Shown piece after piece: positions 1 through 14,000 of a stretch of 64,000 nt of DNA. Made by a program: the position numbers and the translations under genes. Each line of letters starts with the position of its first letter. The first letter of the stretch is position 1. The notes beneath the pieces were generated by a model, which searched no databases, was not told the origin of the DNA, and worked only from the letters and a program-made list of their open reading frames with translations. This DNA is from Eledone cirrhosa (Eukaryota): assembly GCA_964016885.1 (NCBI GenBank), contig OZ024742.1:373488001-373552000 (forward strand). Direction: 5' to 3'.

Positions 1-670
1 TAGTCCCACAAGCCACATATTAGTCTGATAGTCCCACAAGTGACATACCTCTGATAGTCCCACAAACCACATATTAGTCTGATAGTTCCACAAGCCACGT
101 ACCTCTGATAGTCCCACAAGCCACATATTAGTCTGATAGTCCCACAGGTCACATATCTCTGATAGTCCCACAAGCCACATACCTCTGATAGTCCCACAAG
201 CCACATACCTCTGATAGTCCCACAAGCCACATATTAGTCTGATAGTTCCACAGGCCACATACCTCTGATAGTCCCACAAGCCACATATTAGTCTGATAGT
301 CCCACAAGCCACATACCTCTGATAGTCCCACAAGCCACATATTAGTCTGATAGTCCCACAAGCGACATACCTCTGATAGTCCCACAAGCCACATACCTCT
401 GATAGTCCCACATGTCACATACCTACGATAGTCCCACAAGCCACATATTAGTCTGATAGTCTTACAAGCCACATACCTCTGATAGTCCCACAAGTCATAT
501 ACCTCTGATATTCCCACAAGCCACATATTAGTCTGATAGTCCCACAAGCCACATATTAGTCTGATAGTCCCACAAACCACATAGTTCTGATAGTCCCACA
601 AGCCACATATAAGTATCATAGTCCCACAAGCCACATACTGCTGATAGTCCCACAAGCCACATATTGGTCT
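1..670 (+). repeat. Degenerate monomeric segment outside the higher-order register
   Basis: Private variants not seen elsewhere (gtgacat ~40, gccacgt ~94, cctacgata ~422, gatattccc ~507, atagttctga ~581, aagtatcata ~611, atactgctga ~635, attggtct ~663) and an adjacent B-B pair at ~507-562. Confidence 0.8.
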
Positions 671-3600
671 GATAGTCCCACAAGTCACATACCTCTGATA
701 GTCCCATAAGCCACATATTAATCTGATAGTCCCACAAGCCACATACATCTGATAGTCCCACAAGCCACATACCTCTGATAGTCCCACAAACCACATATTA
801 GTCTGATAGTTCCACAAGCCACATACCTCTGATAGTCCCACAAGCCAGATAATTGTCTGATAGTCCCACAGGTCACATATCTCTGATAGTCCCACAAGCC
901 ACATACCTCTGATAGTCCCACAAGCCACATACCTCTGATAGTCCCACAAGCCACATACCTCTGATAGTCTCACAAGCCACATACCTCTGATAGTCCCACT
1001 AGCCACATACCTCTGACAGTCCCACAAGCTACATACCCCTCATAGTCCCACAAGCCACATACCTCTCATAGTCCAACACGCCACATATTAGTTTGATAGT
1101 CCCACAAGCCACATACTTCTGATAGTCCCACAAACCACATACCTCTGATAGTCCCACAAGCCACATATTAGTCTGATAGTCCCACAGGTCACATACTTCT
1201 GATAGTCCCACAAACCACATATCTCTGATAGTCCCACAAGCCACATATTAATCTGATAGTCCATCAAGCCACATACCTCTGATAGTCCCACAAGCCACAT
1301 ACCTCTGATAGTCCCACAAGTCACATACCTCTGATAGTCCCACAAGTCACATACCTCTGATAGTCCCACAAGCCACATACCTCTGATAGTACCACAAGCC
1401 ACATACCTCTGATTGTCCCACAAGCCACATACCTCTGATAGTCCCACAAGGCACATACCTCTGATAGTCCCACAAGCCACATATTAGTCTGATAGTCCCA
1501 CAAGCCACATACCTCTGATAGTCCCACAAGCCACATATTAGTCTGATAGTCCCACAAGTCACATACCTCTGATTGTCCCACAAGCCACATATTAGTCTGA
1601 TAGTCCCACAAGTCCCATACCTCTGATAGTCTTACAAGCCACATATTAGTATGATAGTCCCACAAGCCACATGCCTCTGATAGTCCCACAAGCCACATAT
1701 TAGTCTGATAGTCCCACAAGTCACATACCTCTGATAGTCCCACAAGCCACATATTAGTCTGATAGTCCCACAAATCACATACCTTTGATAGTCCCACAAG
1801 CCACATATTAATCTGATAGTCCCACAAGCCACATACCTCTGATAGTCCCACAAGCCACATATTAGTCTGATAGTCCCACAAGCCAAATACCTCTGATAGT
1901 CCCACAAGCCACATACCTCTGATAGTCCCACAAGCCACATACCTCTGATAGTCCCACAAGCCACATACCTCTGATAGTCCCACAAGTCACATACCTTTGG
2001 TAGTCCTACAAGCAACATATTAATCTGATAGTCCCACAAACCACATACCTCTGATAGTCCCACACGCAACATATTAGTCTGATAGTCCCACAAGCCACAT
2101 ACTTCTGATAGTCCCACAAGCCACATATTAGTCTGATAGTCCCACAAGCCACATACCTCTGATAGTCTCACAAGCCACATATTAGTCTGATAGTCCCACA
2201 AGTCACATACCTCTGATAGTCCCACAAGTCACATACCTCTTATAGTCCCACAAACCACATACTTCTGATAGTCCCACAAGCCACATACCTCTGATAGTCC
2301 CACAAGCCACATATTAGTCTGATAGTCCCACAAGCCACATACCTCTGATAGTCCCACAAGCCACATACCTCTGATAGTCCCACAAGCCACATATTAGTCT
2401 GATAGTCCCACAAGTCACATACCTCTGATAGTCCCACAAACCACATATTAGTCTGATAGTTCCACAAGCCACATACCTCTGATAGTCCCACAAGCCACAT
2501 ATTAGTCTGATAGTCCCACAGGTCACATATCTCTGATAGTCCCACAAGCGACATACCTCTGATAGTCCCACAAGCCACATACCTCTGATAGTCCCACAAG
2601 CCACATACCTCTGATAGTCTCACAAGCCACATACCTCTGATAGTCCCACTAGCCACATACCTCTGATAGTCCCACAAGCTACATACCTCTCATAGTCCAA
2701 CACGCCACATATTAGTTTGATAGTCCCACAAGCCACATACCTCTGATAGTCCCACAAACCACATAGCTCTGATAGTCCCACAAGCCGCATATTAGTCTGA
2801 TAGTCCCACAGGTCACATACCTCTGATAGTCCCACAAACCACATACCTCTGATCGTCCCACAAGTCACATACCTCTGATAGTCCCATAAGCCACATATTA
2901 ATCTGATAGTCCCACAAGCCACATACATCTGATAGTCCCACAAGCCACATACCTCTGATAGTCCCACAAACCACATATTAGTCTGATAGTTCCACAAGCC
3001 ACATACCTCTGATAGTCCCACAAGCCAGATAATTGTCTGATAGTCCCACAGGTCACATATCTCTGATAGTCCCACAAGCCACATACCTCTGATAGTCCCA
3101 CAAGCCACATACCTCTGATAGTCCCACAAGCCACATACCTCTGATAGTCTCACAAGCCACATACCTCTGATAGTCCCACTAGCCACATACCTCTGACAGT
3201 CCCACAAGCTACATACCCCTCATAGTCCCACAAGCCACATACCTCTCATAGTCCAACACGCCACATATTAGTTTGATAGTCCCACAAGCCACATACCTCT
3301 GATAGTCCCACAAACCACATACCTCTGATAGTCCCACAAGCCACATATTAGTCTGATAGTCCCACAGGTCACATACTTCTGATAGTCCCACAAACCACAT
3401 ATCTCTGATAGTCCCACAAGCCACATATTAATCTGATAGTCCATCAAGCCACATACCTCTGATAGTCCCACAAGCCACATACCTCTGATAGTCCCACAAG
3501 TCACATACCTCTGATAGTCCCACAAGTCACATACCTCTGATAGTCCCACAAGCCACATACCTCTGATAGTACCACAAGCCACATACCTCTGATTGTCCCA

Positions 3601-6600
3601 CAAGCCACATACCTCTGATAGTCCCACAAGGCACATACCTCTGATAGTCCCACAAGCCACATATTAGTCTGATAGTCCCACAAGCCACATACCTCTGATA
3701 GTCCCACAAGCCACATATTAGTCTGATAGTCCCACAAGTCACATACCTCTGATTGTCCCACAAGCCACATATTAGTCTGATAGTCCCACAAGTCACATAC
3801 CTCTGATAGTCTTACAAGCCACATATTAGTATGATAGTCCCACAAGCCACATGCCTCTGATAGTCCCACAAGCCACATATTAGTCTGATAGTCCCACAAG
3901 TCACATACCTCTGATAGTCCCACAAGCCACATATTAGTCTGATAGTCCCACAAATCACATACCTTTGATAGTCCCACAAGCCACATATTAATCTGATAGT
4001 CCCACAAGCCACATACCTCTGATAGTCCCACAAGCCACATATTAGTCTGATAGTCCCACAAGCCACATACCTCTGATAGTCCCACAAGCCACATACCTCT
4101 GATAGTCCCACAAGCCACATACCTCTGATAGTCCCACAAGCCACATACCTCTGATAGTCCCACAAGTCACATACCTTTGGTAGTCCTACAAGCAACATAT
4201 TAATCTGATAGTCCCACAAACCACATACCTCTGATAGTCCCACACGCAACATATTAGTCTGATAGTCCCACAAGCCACATACTTCTGATAGTCCCACAAG
4301 CCACATATTAGTCTGATAGTCCCACAAGCCACATACCTCTGATAGTCTCACAAGCCACATATTAGTCTGATAGTCCCACAAGTCACATACCTCTGATAGT
4401 CCCACAAGTCACATACCTCTTATAGTCCCACAAACCACATACTTCTGATAGTCCCACAAGCCACATACCTCTGATAGTCCCACAAGCTACATATTAGTCT
4501 GATAGTCCCACAAGCCACATACCTCTGATAGTCCCACAAGCCACATACCTCTGATAGTCCCACAAGCCACATATTAGTCTGATAGTCCCACAAGTCACAT
4601 ACCTCTGATAGTCCCACAAACCACATATTAGTCTGATAGTTCCACAAGCCACATACCTCTGATAGTCCCACAAGCCACATATTAGTCTGATAGTCCCACA
4701 GGTCACATATCTCTGATAGTCCCACAAGCGACATACCTCTGATAGTCCCACAAGCCACATACCTCTGATAGTCCCACAAGCCACATACCTCTGATAGTCT
4801 CACAAGCCACATACCTCTGATAGTCCCACTAGCCACATACCTCTGATAGTCCCACAAGCTACATACCTCTCATAGTCCAACACGCCACATATTAGTTTGA
4901 TAGTCCCACAAGCCACATACCTCTGATAGTCCCACAAACCACATACCTCTGATAGTCCCACAAGCCGCATATTAGTCTGATAGTCCCACAGGTCACATAC
5001 CTCTGATAGTCCCACAAACCACATACCTCTGATAGTCCCACAAGCCACATATTAGTCTGATAGTCCCACAAGTCACATACCTCTGATAGTCCCATAAGCC
5101 ACATATTAATCTGATAGTCCCACAAGCCACATACATCTGATAGCCCCACAAGCCACATACCTCTGATAGTCCCACAAACCACATATTAGTCTGATAGTTC
5201 CACAAGCCACATACCTCTGATAGTCCCACAAGCCAGATAATTGTCTGATAGTCCCACAGGTCACATATCTCTGATAGTCCCACAAGCCACATACCTCTGA
5301 TAGTCCCACAAGCCACATACCTCTGATAGTCCCACAAGCCACATACCTCTGATAGTCTCACAAGCCACATACCTCTGATAGTCCCACTAGCCACATACCT
5401 CTGACAGTCCCACAAGCTACATACCTCTCATAGTCCCACAAGCCACATACCTCACATAGTCCAACACGCCACATATTAGTTTGATAGTCCCACAAGCCAC
5501 ATACCTCTGATAGTCCCACAAACCACATACCTCTAATAGTCCCACAAGCCACATATTAGTCTGATAGTCCCACAGGTCACATACTTCTGATAGTCCCACA
5601 AACCACATATCTCTGATAGTCCCACAACCCACATATTAGTCTGATAGTCCATCAAGCCACATACCTCTGATAGTCCCACAAGCCACATACCTCTGATAGT
5701 CCCACAAGTCACATACCTCTGATAGTCCCACAAGTCACATACCTCTGATAGTCCCACAAGCCACATACCTCTGATAGTACCACAAGCCACATACCTCTGA
5801 TTGTCCCACAAGCCACATACCTCTGATAGTCCCACAAGGCACATACCTCTGATAGTCCCACAAGCCACATATTAGTCTGATAGTCCCACAAGCCACATAC
5901 CTCTGATAGTCCCACAAGCCACATATTAGTCTGATAGTCCCACAAGTCACATACCTCTGATTGTCCCACAAGCCACATATTAGTCTGATAGTCCCACAAG
6001 TCACATACCTCTGATAGTCTTACAAGCCACATATTAGTATGATAGTCCCACAAGCCACATGCCTCTGATAGTCCCACAAGCCACATATTAGTCTGATAGT
6101 CCCACAAGTCACATACCTCTGATAGTCCCACAAGCCACATATTAGTCTGATAGTCCCACAAATCACATACCTTTGATAGTCCCACAAGCCACATATTAAT
6201 CTGATAGTCCCACAAGCCACATACCTCTGATAGTCCCACAAGCCACATATTAGTCTGATAGTCCCACAAGCCACATACCTCTGATAGTCCCACAAGCCAC
6301 ATACCTCTGATAGTCCCACAAGCCACATACCTCTGATAGTCCCACAAGCCACATACCTCTGATAGTCCCACAAGTCACATACCTTTGGTAGTCCTACAAG
6401 CAACATATTAATCTGATAGTCCCACAAACCACATATCTCTGATAGTCCCACACGCAACATATTAGTCTGATAGTCCCACAAGCCACATACTTCTGATAGT
6501 CCCACAAGCCACATATTAGTCTGATAGTCCCACAAGCCACATACCTCTGATAGTCTCACAAGCCACATATTAGTCTGATAGTCCCACAAGTCACATACCT

Positions 6601-8910
6601 CTGATAGTCCCACAAGTCACATACCTCTTATAGTCCCACAAACCACATACTTCTGATAGTCCCACAAGCCACATATTAGTCTGATAGTCCCACAAGCCAC
6701 ATACCTCTGATAGTCCCACAAGCCACATACCTCTGATAGTCCCACAAGCCACATATTAGTCTGATAGTCCCACAAGTCACATACCTCTGATAGTCCCACA
6801 AACCACATATTAGTCTGATAGTTCCACAAGCGACATATCTCTGATAGTCCCACAAGCCACATATTAGTCTGATAGTCCCACAGGTCACATATCTCTGATA
6901 GTCCCACAAGCGACATACCTCTGATAGTCCCACAAGCCACATACCTCTGATAGTCCCACAAGCCACATACCTCTGATAGTCTCACAAGCCACATACCTCT
7001 GATAGTCCCACTAGCCACATACCTCTGATAGTCCCACAAGCTACATACCTCTCATAGTCCCACAAGCCACATACCTCTCATAGTCCAACACGCCACATAT
7101 TAGTTTGATAGTCCCACAAGCCACATACCTCTGATAGTCCCACAAACCACATACCTCTGATAGTCCCACAAGCCGCATATTAGTCTGATAGTCCCACAGG
7201 TCACATACCTCTGATAGTCCCACATGTCACATATCTCTGATAGTCCCACAAGCGACATACCTCTGATAGTCCCACAAGCCACATACCTCTGATAGTCCCA
7301 CAAGCCACATACCTCTGATAGTCTCACAAGCCACATACCTCTGATAGTCCCACTAGCCACATACCTCTGATAGTCCCACAAGCTACATACCTCTCATAGT
7401 CCAACACGCCACATATTAGTTTGATAGTCCCACAAGCCACATACCTCTGATAGTCCCACAAACCACATACCTCTGATAGTCCCACAAGCCGCATATTAGT
7501 CTGATAGTCCCACAGGTCACATACCTCTGATAGTCCCACAAACCACATACCTCTGATAGTCCCACAAGCCACATATTAGTCTGATAGTCCCACAAGTCAC
7601 ATACCTCTGATAGTCCCATAAGCCACATATTAATCTGATAGTCCCACAAGCCACATACATCTGATAGTCCCACAAGCCACATACCTCTGATAGTCCCACA
7701 AACCACATGTTAGTCTGATAGTTCCACAAGCCACATACCTCTGATAGTCCCAGAAGCCAGATAATTGTCTGATAGTCCCACAGGTCACATATCTCTGATA
7801 GTCCCACAAGCCACATACCTCTGATAGTCCCACAAGCCACATACCTCTGATAGTCCCACAAGCCACATACCTCTGATAGTCTCACAAGCCACATACCTCT
7901 GATAGTCCCACTAGCCACATACCTCTGACAGTCCCACAAGCTACATACCCCTCATAGTCCCACAAGCCGCATACCTCTCATAGTCCAACACGCCACATAT
8001 TAGTTTGATAGTCCCACAAGCCACATACCTCTGATAGTCCCCCAAACCACATACCTCTGATAGTCCCACAAGCCACATATTAGTCTGATAGTCCCACAGG
8101 TCACATACTTCTGATAGTCCCACAAACCACATATCTCTGATAGTCCCACAAGCCACATATTAATCTGATAGTCCATCAAGCCACATACCTCTGATAGTCC
8201 CACAAGCCACATACCTCTGATAGTCCCACAAGTCACATACCTCTGATAGTCCCACAAGTCACATACCTCTGATAGTCCCACAAGCCACATACCTCTGATA
8301 GTACCACAAGCCACATACCTCTGATTGTCCCACAAGCCACATACCTCTGATAGTCCCACAAGGCACATACCTCTGATAGTCCCACAAGCCACATATTAGT
8401 CTGATAGTCCCACAAGCCACATACCTCTGATAGTCCCACAAGCCACATATTAGTCTGATAGTCCCACAAGTCACATACCTCTGATTGTCCCACAAGCCAC
8501 ATATTAGTCTGATAGTCCCACAAGTCACATACCTCTGATAGTCTTACAAGCCACATATTAGTATGATAGTCCCACAAGCCACATGCCTCTGATAGTCCCA
8601 CAAGCCACATATTAGTCTGATAGTCCCACAAGTCACATACCTCTGATAGTCCCACAAGCCACATATTAGTCTGATAGTCCCACAAATCACATACCTTTGA
8701 TAGTCCCACAAGCCACATATTAATCTGATAGTCCCACAAGCCACATACCTCTGATAGTCCCACAAGCCACATATTAGTCTGATAGTCCCACAAGCCACAT
8801 ACCTCTGATAGTCCCACAAGCCACATACCTCTGATAGTCCCACAAGCCACATACCTCTGATAGTCCCACAAGCCACATACCTCTGATAGTCCCACAAGTC
8901 ACATACCTTT

Positions 8911-11092
8911 GGTAGTCCTACAAGCAACATATTAATCTGATAGGCCCACAAACCACATACCTCTGATAGTCCCACACGCAACATATTAGTCTGATAGTCC
9001 CACAAGCCACATACTTCTGATAGTCCCACAAGCCACATATTAGTCTGATAGTCCCACAAGCCACATACCTCTGATAGTCTCACAAGCCACATATTAGTCT
9101 GATAGTCCCACAAGTCACATACCTCTTATAGTCCCACAAACCACATACTTCTGATAGTCCCACAAGCCACATACCTCTGATAGTCCCACAAGCCACATAT
9201 TAGTCTGATAGTCCCACAAGCCACATACCTCTGATAGTCCCACAAGCCACATACCTCTGATAGTCCCACAAGCCACATATTAGTCTGATAGTCCCACAAG
9301 TCACATACCTCTGATAGTCCCACAAACCACATATTAGTCTGATAGTTCCACAAGCCACATACCTCTGATAGTCCCACAAGCCACATATTAGTCTGATAGT
9401 CCCACAGGTCACATATCTCTGATAGTCCCACAAGCGACATACCTCTGATAGTCCCACAAGCCACATACCTCTGATAGTCCCACAAGCCACATACCTCTGA
9501 TAGTCTCACAAGCCACATACCTCTGATAGTCCCACTAGCCACATACCTCTGATAGTCCCACAAGCTACATACCTCTCATAGTCCAACACGCCACATATTA
9601 GTTTGATAGTCCCACAAGCCACATACCTCTGATAGTCCCACAAACCACATACCTCTGATAGTCTCACAAGCCGCATATTAGTCTGATAGTCCCACAGGTC
9701 ACATACCTCTGATAGTCCCACAAACCACATACCTCTGATAGTCCCACAAGCCACATATTAGTCTGATAGTCCCACAAGTCACATACCTCTGATAGTCCCA
9801 TAAGCCACATATTAATCTGATAGTCCCACAAGCCACATACATCTGATAGTCCCACAAGCCACATACCTCTGATAGTCCCACAAACCACATATTAGTCTGA
9901 TAGTTCCACAAGCCACATACCTCTGATAGTCCCACAAGCCAGATAATTGTCTGATAGTCCCACAGGTCACATATCTCTGATAGTCCCACAAGCCACATAC
10001 CTCTGATAGTCCCACAAGCCACATACCTCTGATAGTCCCACAAGCCACATACCTCTGATAGTCTCACAAGCCACATACCTCTGATAGTCCCACTAGCCAC
10101 ATACCTCTGACAGTCCCACAAGCTACATACCCCTCATAGTCCCACAAGCCACATACCTCTCATAGTCCAACACGCCACATATTAGTTTGATAGTCCCACA
10201 AGCCACATACCTCTGATAGTCCCACAAACCACATACCTCTGATAGTCCCACAAGCCACATATTAGTCTGATAGTCCCACAGGTCACATACTTCTGATAGT
10301 CCCACAAACCACATATCTCTGATAGTCCCACAAGCCACATATTAATCTGATAGTCCATCAAGCCACATACCTCTGATAGTCCCACAAGCCACATACCTCT
10401 GATAGTCCCACAAGTCACATACCTCTGATAGTCCCACAAGTCACATACCTCTGATAGTCCCACAAGCCACATACCTCTGATAGTACCACAAGCCACATAC
10501 CTCTGATTGTCCCACAAGCCACATACCTCTGATAGTCCCACAAGGCACATACCTCTGATAGTCCCACAAGCCACATATTAGTCTGATAGTCCCACAAGCC
10601 ACATACCTCTGATAGTCCCACAAGCCACATATTAGTCTGATAGTCCCACAAGTCACATACCTCTGATTGTCCCACAAGCCACATATTAGTCTGATAGTCC
10701 CACAAGTCACATACCTCTGATAGTCTTACAAGCCACATATTAGTATGATAGTCCCACAAGCCACATGCCTCTGATAGTCCCACAAGCCACATATTAGTCT
10801 GATAGTCCCACAAGTCACATACCTCTGATAGTCCCACAAGCCACATATTAGTCTGATAGTCCCACAAATCACATACCTTTGATAGTCCCACAAGCCACAT
10901 ATTAATCTGATAGTCCCACAAGCCTCATACCTCTGATAGTCCCACAAGCCACATATTAGTCTGATAGTCCCACAAGCCACATACCTCTGATAGTCCCACA
11001 AGCCACATACCTCTGATAGTCCCACAAGCCACATACCTCTGATAGTCCCACAAGCCACATACCTCTGATAGTCCCACAAGTCACATACCTTT
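8911..11092 (+). repeat. Representative HOR copy, 2182 bp = 57 A + 25 B monomers
   Basis: Marker-to-marker distance is 2182. 25 B monomers were counted by hand, and 57x26 + 25x28 = 2182. Confidence 0.88.
10557..10962 (+). repeat. Strictly alternating B/A (54-bp dimer) tract inside the HOR; equivalent tracts occur in most HOR copies (e.g. ~1463-1868)
   Basis: B monomers start at 10557, 10611, 10665, 10719, 10773, 10827, 10881 and 10935, an exact 54-bp spacing. Confidence 0.9.
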
Positions 11093-14000
11093 GGTAGTCC
11101 TACAAGCAACATATTAATCTGATAGTCCCACAAACCACATACCTCTGATAGTACCACAAGCCACATACCTCTGATTGTCCCACAAGCCACATACCTCTGA
11201 TAGTACCACAAGCCACATACCTCTGATAGTCCCACAAGCCACATACCTCTGATAGTCCCACAAGTCACATACCTCTGATAGTCCCACTAGCCACATACCT
11301 CTGATAGTCCCACAAGCTACATACCTCTAATAGTCCCACAAGCCACATACCTCTGATAGTCCCACAAGGCACATACCTCTGATAGTCCCACAAGCCACAT
11401 ATTAGTCTGATAGTCCCACAAGCCACATACCTCTGATAGTCCCACAAGCCACATATTAGTCTGATAGTCCCACAAGTCACATACCTCTGATTGTCCCACA
11501 AGCCACATATTAGTCTGATAGTCCCACAAGTCACATACCTCTGATAATCTTACAAGCCACATATTAGTATGATAGTCCCACAAGCCACATGCCTCTGATA
11601 GTCCCACAAGCCACATATTAGTCTGATAGTCCCACAAGTCACATACCTCTGATAGTCCCACAAGCCACATATTAGTCTGATAGTCCCACAAATCACATAC
11701 CTTTGATAGTCCCACAAGCCACATATTAATCTGATAGTCCCACAAGCCACATACCTCTGATAGTCCCACAAGCCACATATTAGTCTGATAGTCCCACAAG
11801 CCACATACCTCTGATAGTCCCACAAGCCACATACCTCTGATAGTCCCACAAGCCACATACCTCTGATAGTCCCACAAGCCACATACCTCTGATAGTCCCA
11901 CAAGTCACATACCTTTGGTAGTCCTACAAGCAACATATTAATCTGATAGTCCCACAAACCACATATCTCTGATAGTCCCACACGCAACATATTAGTCTGA
12001 TAGTCCCACAAGCCACATACTTCTGATAGTCCCACAAGCCACATATTAGTCTGATAGTCCCACAAGCCACATACCTCTGATAGTCTCACAAGCCACATAT
12101 TAGTCTGATAGTCCCACAAGTCACATACCTCTGATAGTCCCACAAGTCACATACCTCTTATAGTCCCACAAACCACATACTTCTGATAGTCCCACAAGCC
12201 ACATATTAGTCTGATAGTCCCACAAGCCACATAGCTCTGATAGTCCCACAAGCCACATACCTCTGATAGTCCCACAAGCCACATATTAGTCTGATAGTCC
12301 CACAAGTCACATACCTCTGATAGTCCCACAAACCACATATTAGTCTGATAGTTCCACAAGCGACATACCTCTGATAGTCCCACAAGCCACATATTAGTCT
12401 GATAGTCCCACAGGTCACATATCTCTGATAGTCCCACAAGCGACATACCTCTGATAGTCCCACAAGCCACATACCTCTGATAGTCCCACAAGCCACATAC
12501 CTCTGATAGTCTCACAAGCCACATACCTCTGATAGTCCCACTAGCCACATACCTCTGATAGTCCCACAAGCTACATACCTCTCATAGTCCCACAAGCCAC
12601 ATACCTCTCATAGTCCAACACGCCACATATTAGTTTGATAGTCCCACAAGCCACATACCTCTGATAGTCCCACAAACCACATACCTCTGATAGTCCCACA
12701 AGCCGCATATTAGTCTGATAGTCCCACAGGTCACATACCTCTGATAGTCCCACAGGTCACATATCTCTGATAGTCCCACAAGCGACATACCTCTGATAGT
12801 CCCACAAGCCACATACCTCTGATAGTCCCACAAGCCACATACCTCTGATAGTCTCACAAGCCACATACCTCTGATAGTCCCACTAGCCACATACCTCTGA
12901 TAGTCCCACAAGCTACATACCTCTCATAGTCCAACACGCCACATATTAGTTTGATAGTCCCACAAGCCACATACCTCTGATAGTCCCACAAACCACATAC
13001 CTCTGATAGTCCCACAAGCCGCATATTAGTCTGATAGTCCCACAGGTCACATACCTCTGATAGTCCCACAAACCACATACCTCTGATAGTCCCACAAGCC
13101 ACATATTAGTCTGATAGTCCCACAAGTCACATACCTCTGATAGTCCCATAAGCCACATATTAATCTGATAGTCCCACAAGCCACATACATCTGATAGTCC
13201 CACAAGCCACATACCTCTGATAGTCCCACAAACCACATATTAGTCTGATAGTTCCACAAGCCACATACCTCTGATAGTCCCACAAGCCAGATAATTGTCT
13301 GATAGTCCCACAGGTCACATATCTCTGATAGTCCCACAAGCCACATACCTCTGATAGTCCCACAAGCCACATACCTCTGATAGTCCCACAAGCCACATAC
13401 CTCTGATAGTCTCACAAGCCACATACCTCTGATAGTCCCACTAGCCACATACCTCTGACAGTCCCACAAGCTACATACCCCTCATAGTCCCACAAGCCAC
13501 ATACCTCTCATAGTCCAACACGCCACATATTAGTTTGATAGTCCCACAAGCCACATACCTCTGATAGTCCCACAAACCACATACCTCTGATAGTCCCACA
13601 AGCCACATATTAGTCTGATAGTCCCACAGGTCACATACTTCTGATAGTCCCACAAACCACATATCTCTGATAGTCCCACAAGCCACATATTAATCTGATA
13701 GTCCATCAAGCCACATACCTCTGATAGTCCCACAAGCCACATACCTCTGATAGTCCCACAAGTCACATACCTCTGATAGTCCCACAAGTCACATACCTCT
13801 GATAGTCCCACAAGCCACATACCTCTGATAGTACCACAAGCCACATACCTCTGATTGTCCCACAAGCCACATACCTCTGATAGTCCCACAAGGCACATAC
13901 CTCTGATAGTCCCACAAGCCACATATTAGTCTGATAGTCCCACAAGCCACATACCTCTGATAGTCCCACAAGCCACATATTAGTCTGATAGTCCCACAAG

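Noticed and set aside
1321-1983. Recurrent 220-aa ORF as a zinc-finger or Cys-rich repeat protein gene
   Set aside because: It coincides with the alternating 54-bp tract (18 codons). It lacks C2H2 or CxxC spacing, has a non-ATG start, and is truncated or rearranged in many copies.
2851-2856. Single GATC/CpG variant (gatcgt)
   Set aside because: An isolated point substitution next to a one-monomer deletion. It is useful only as a mapping anchor and has no sign of function.
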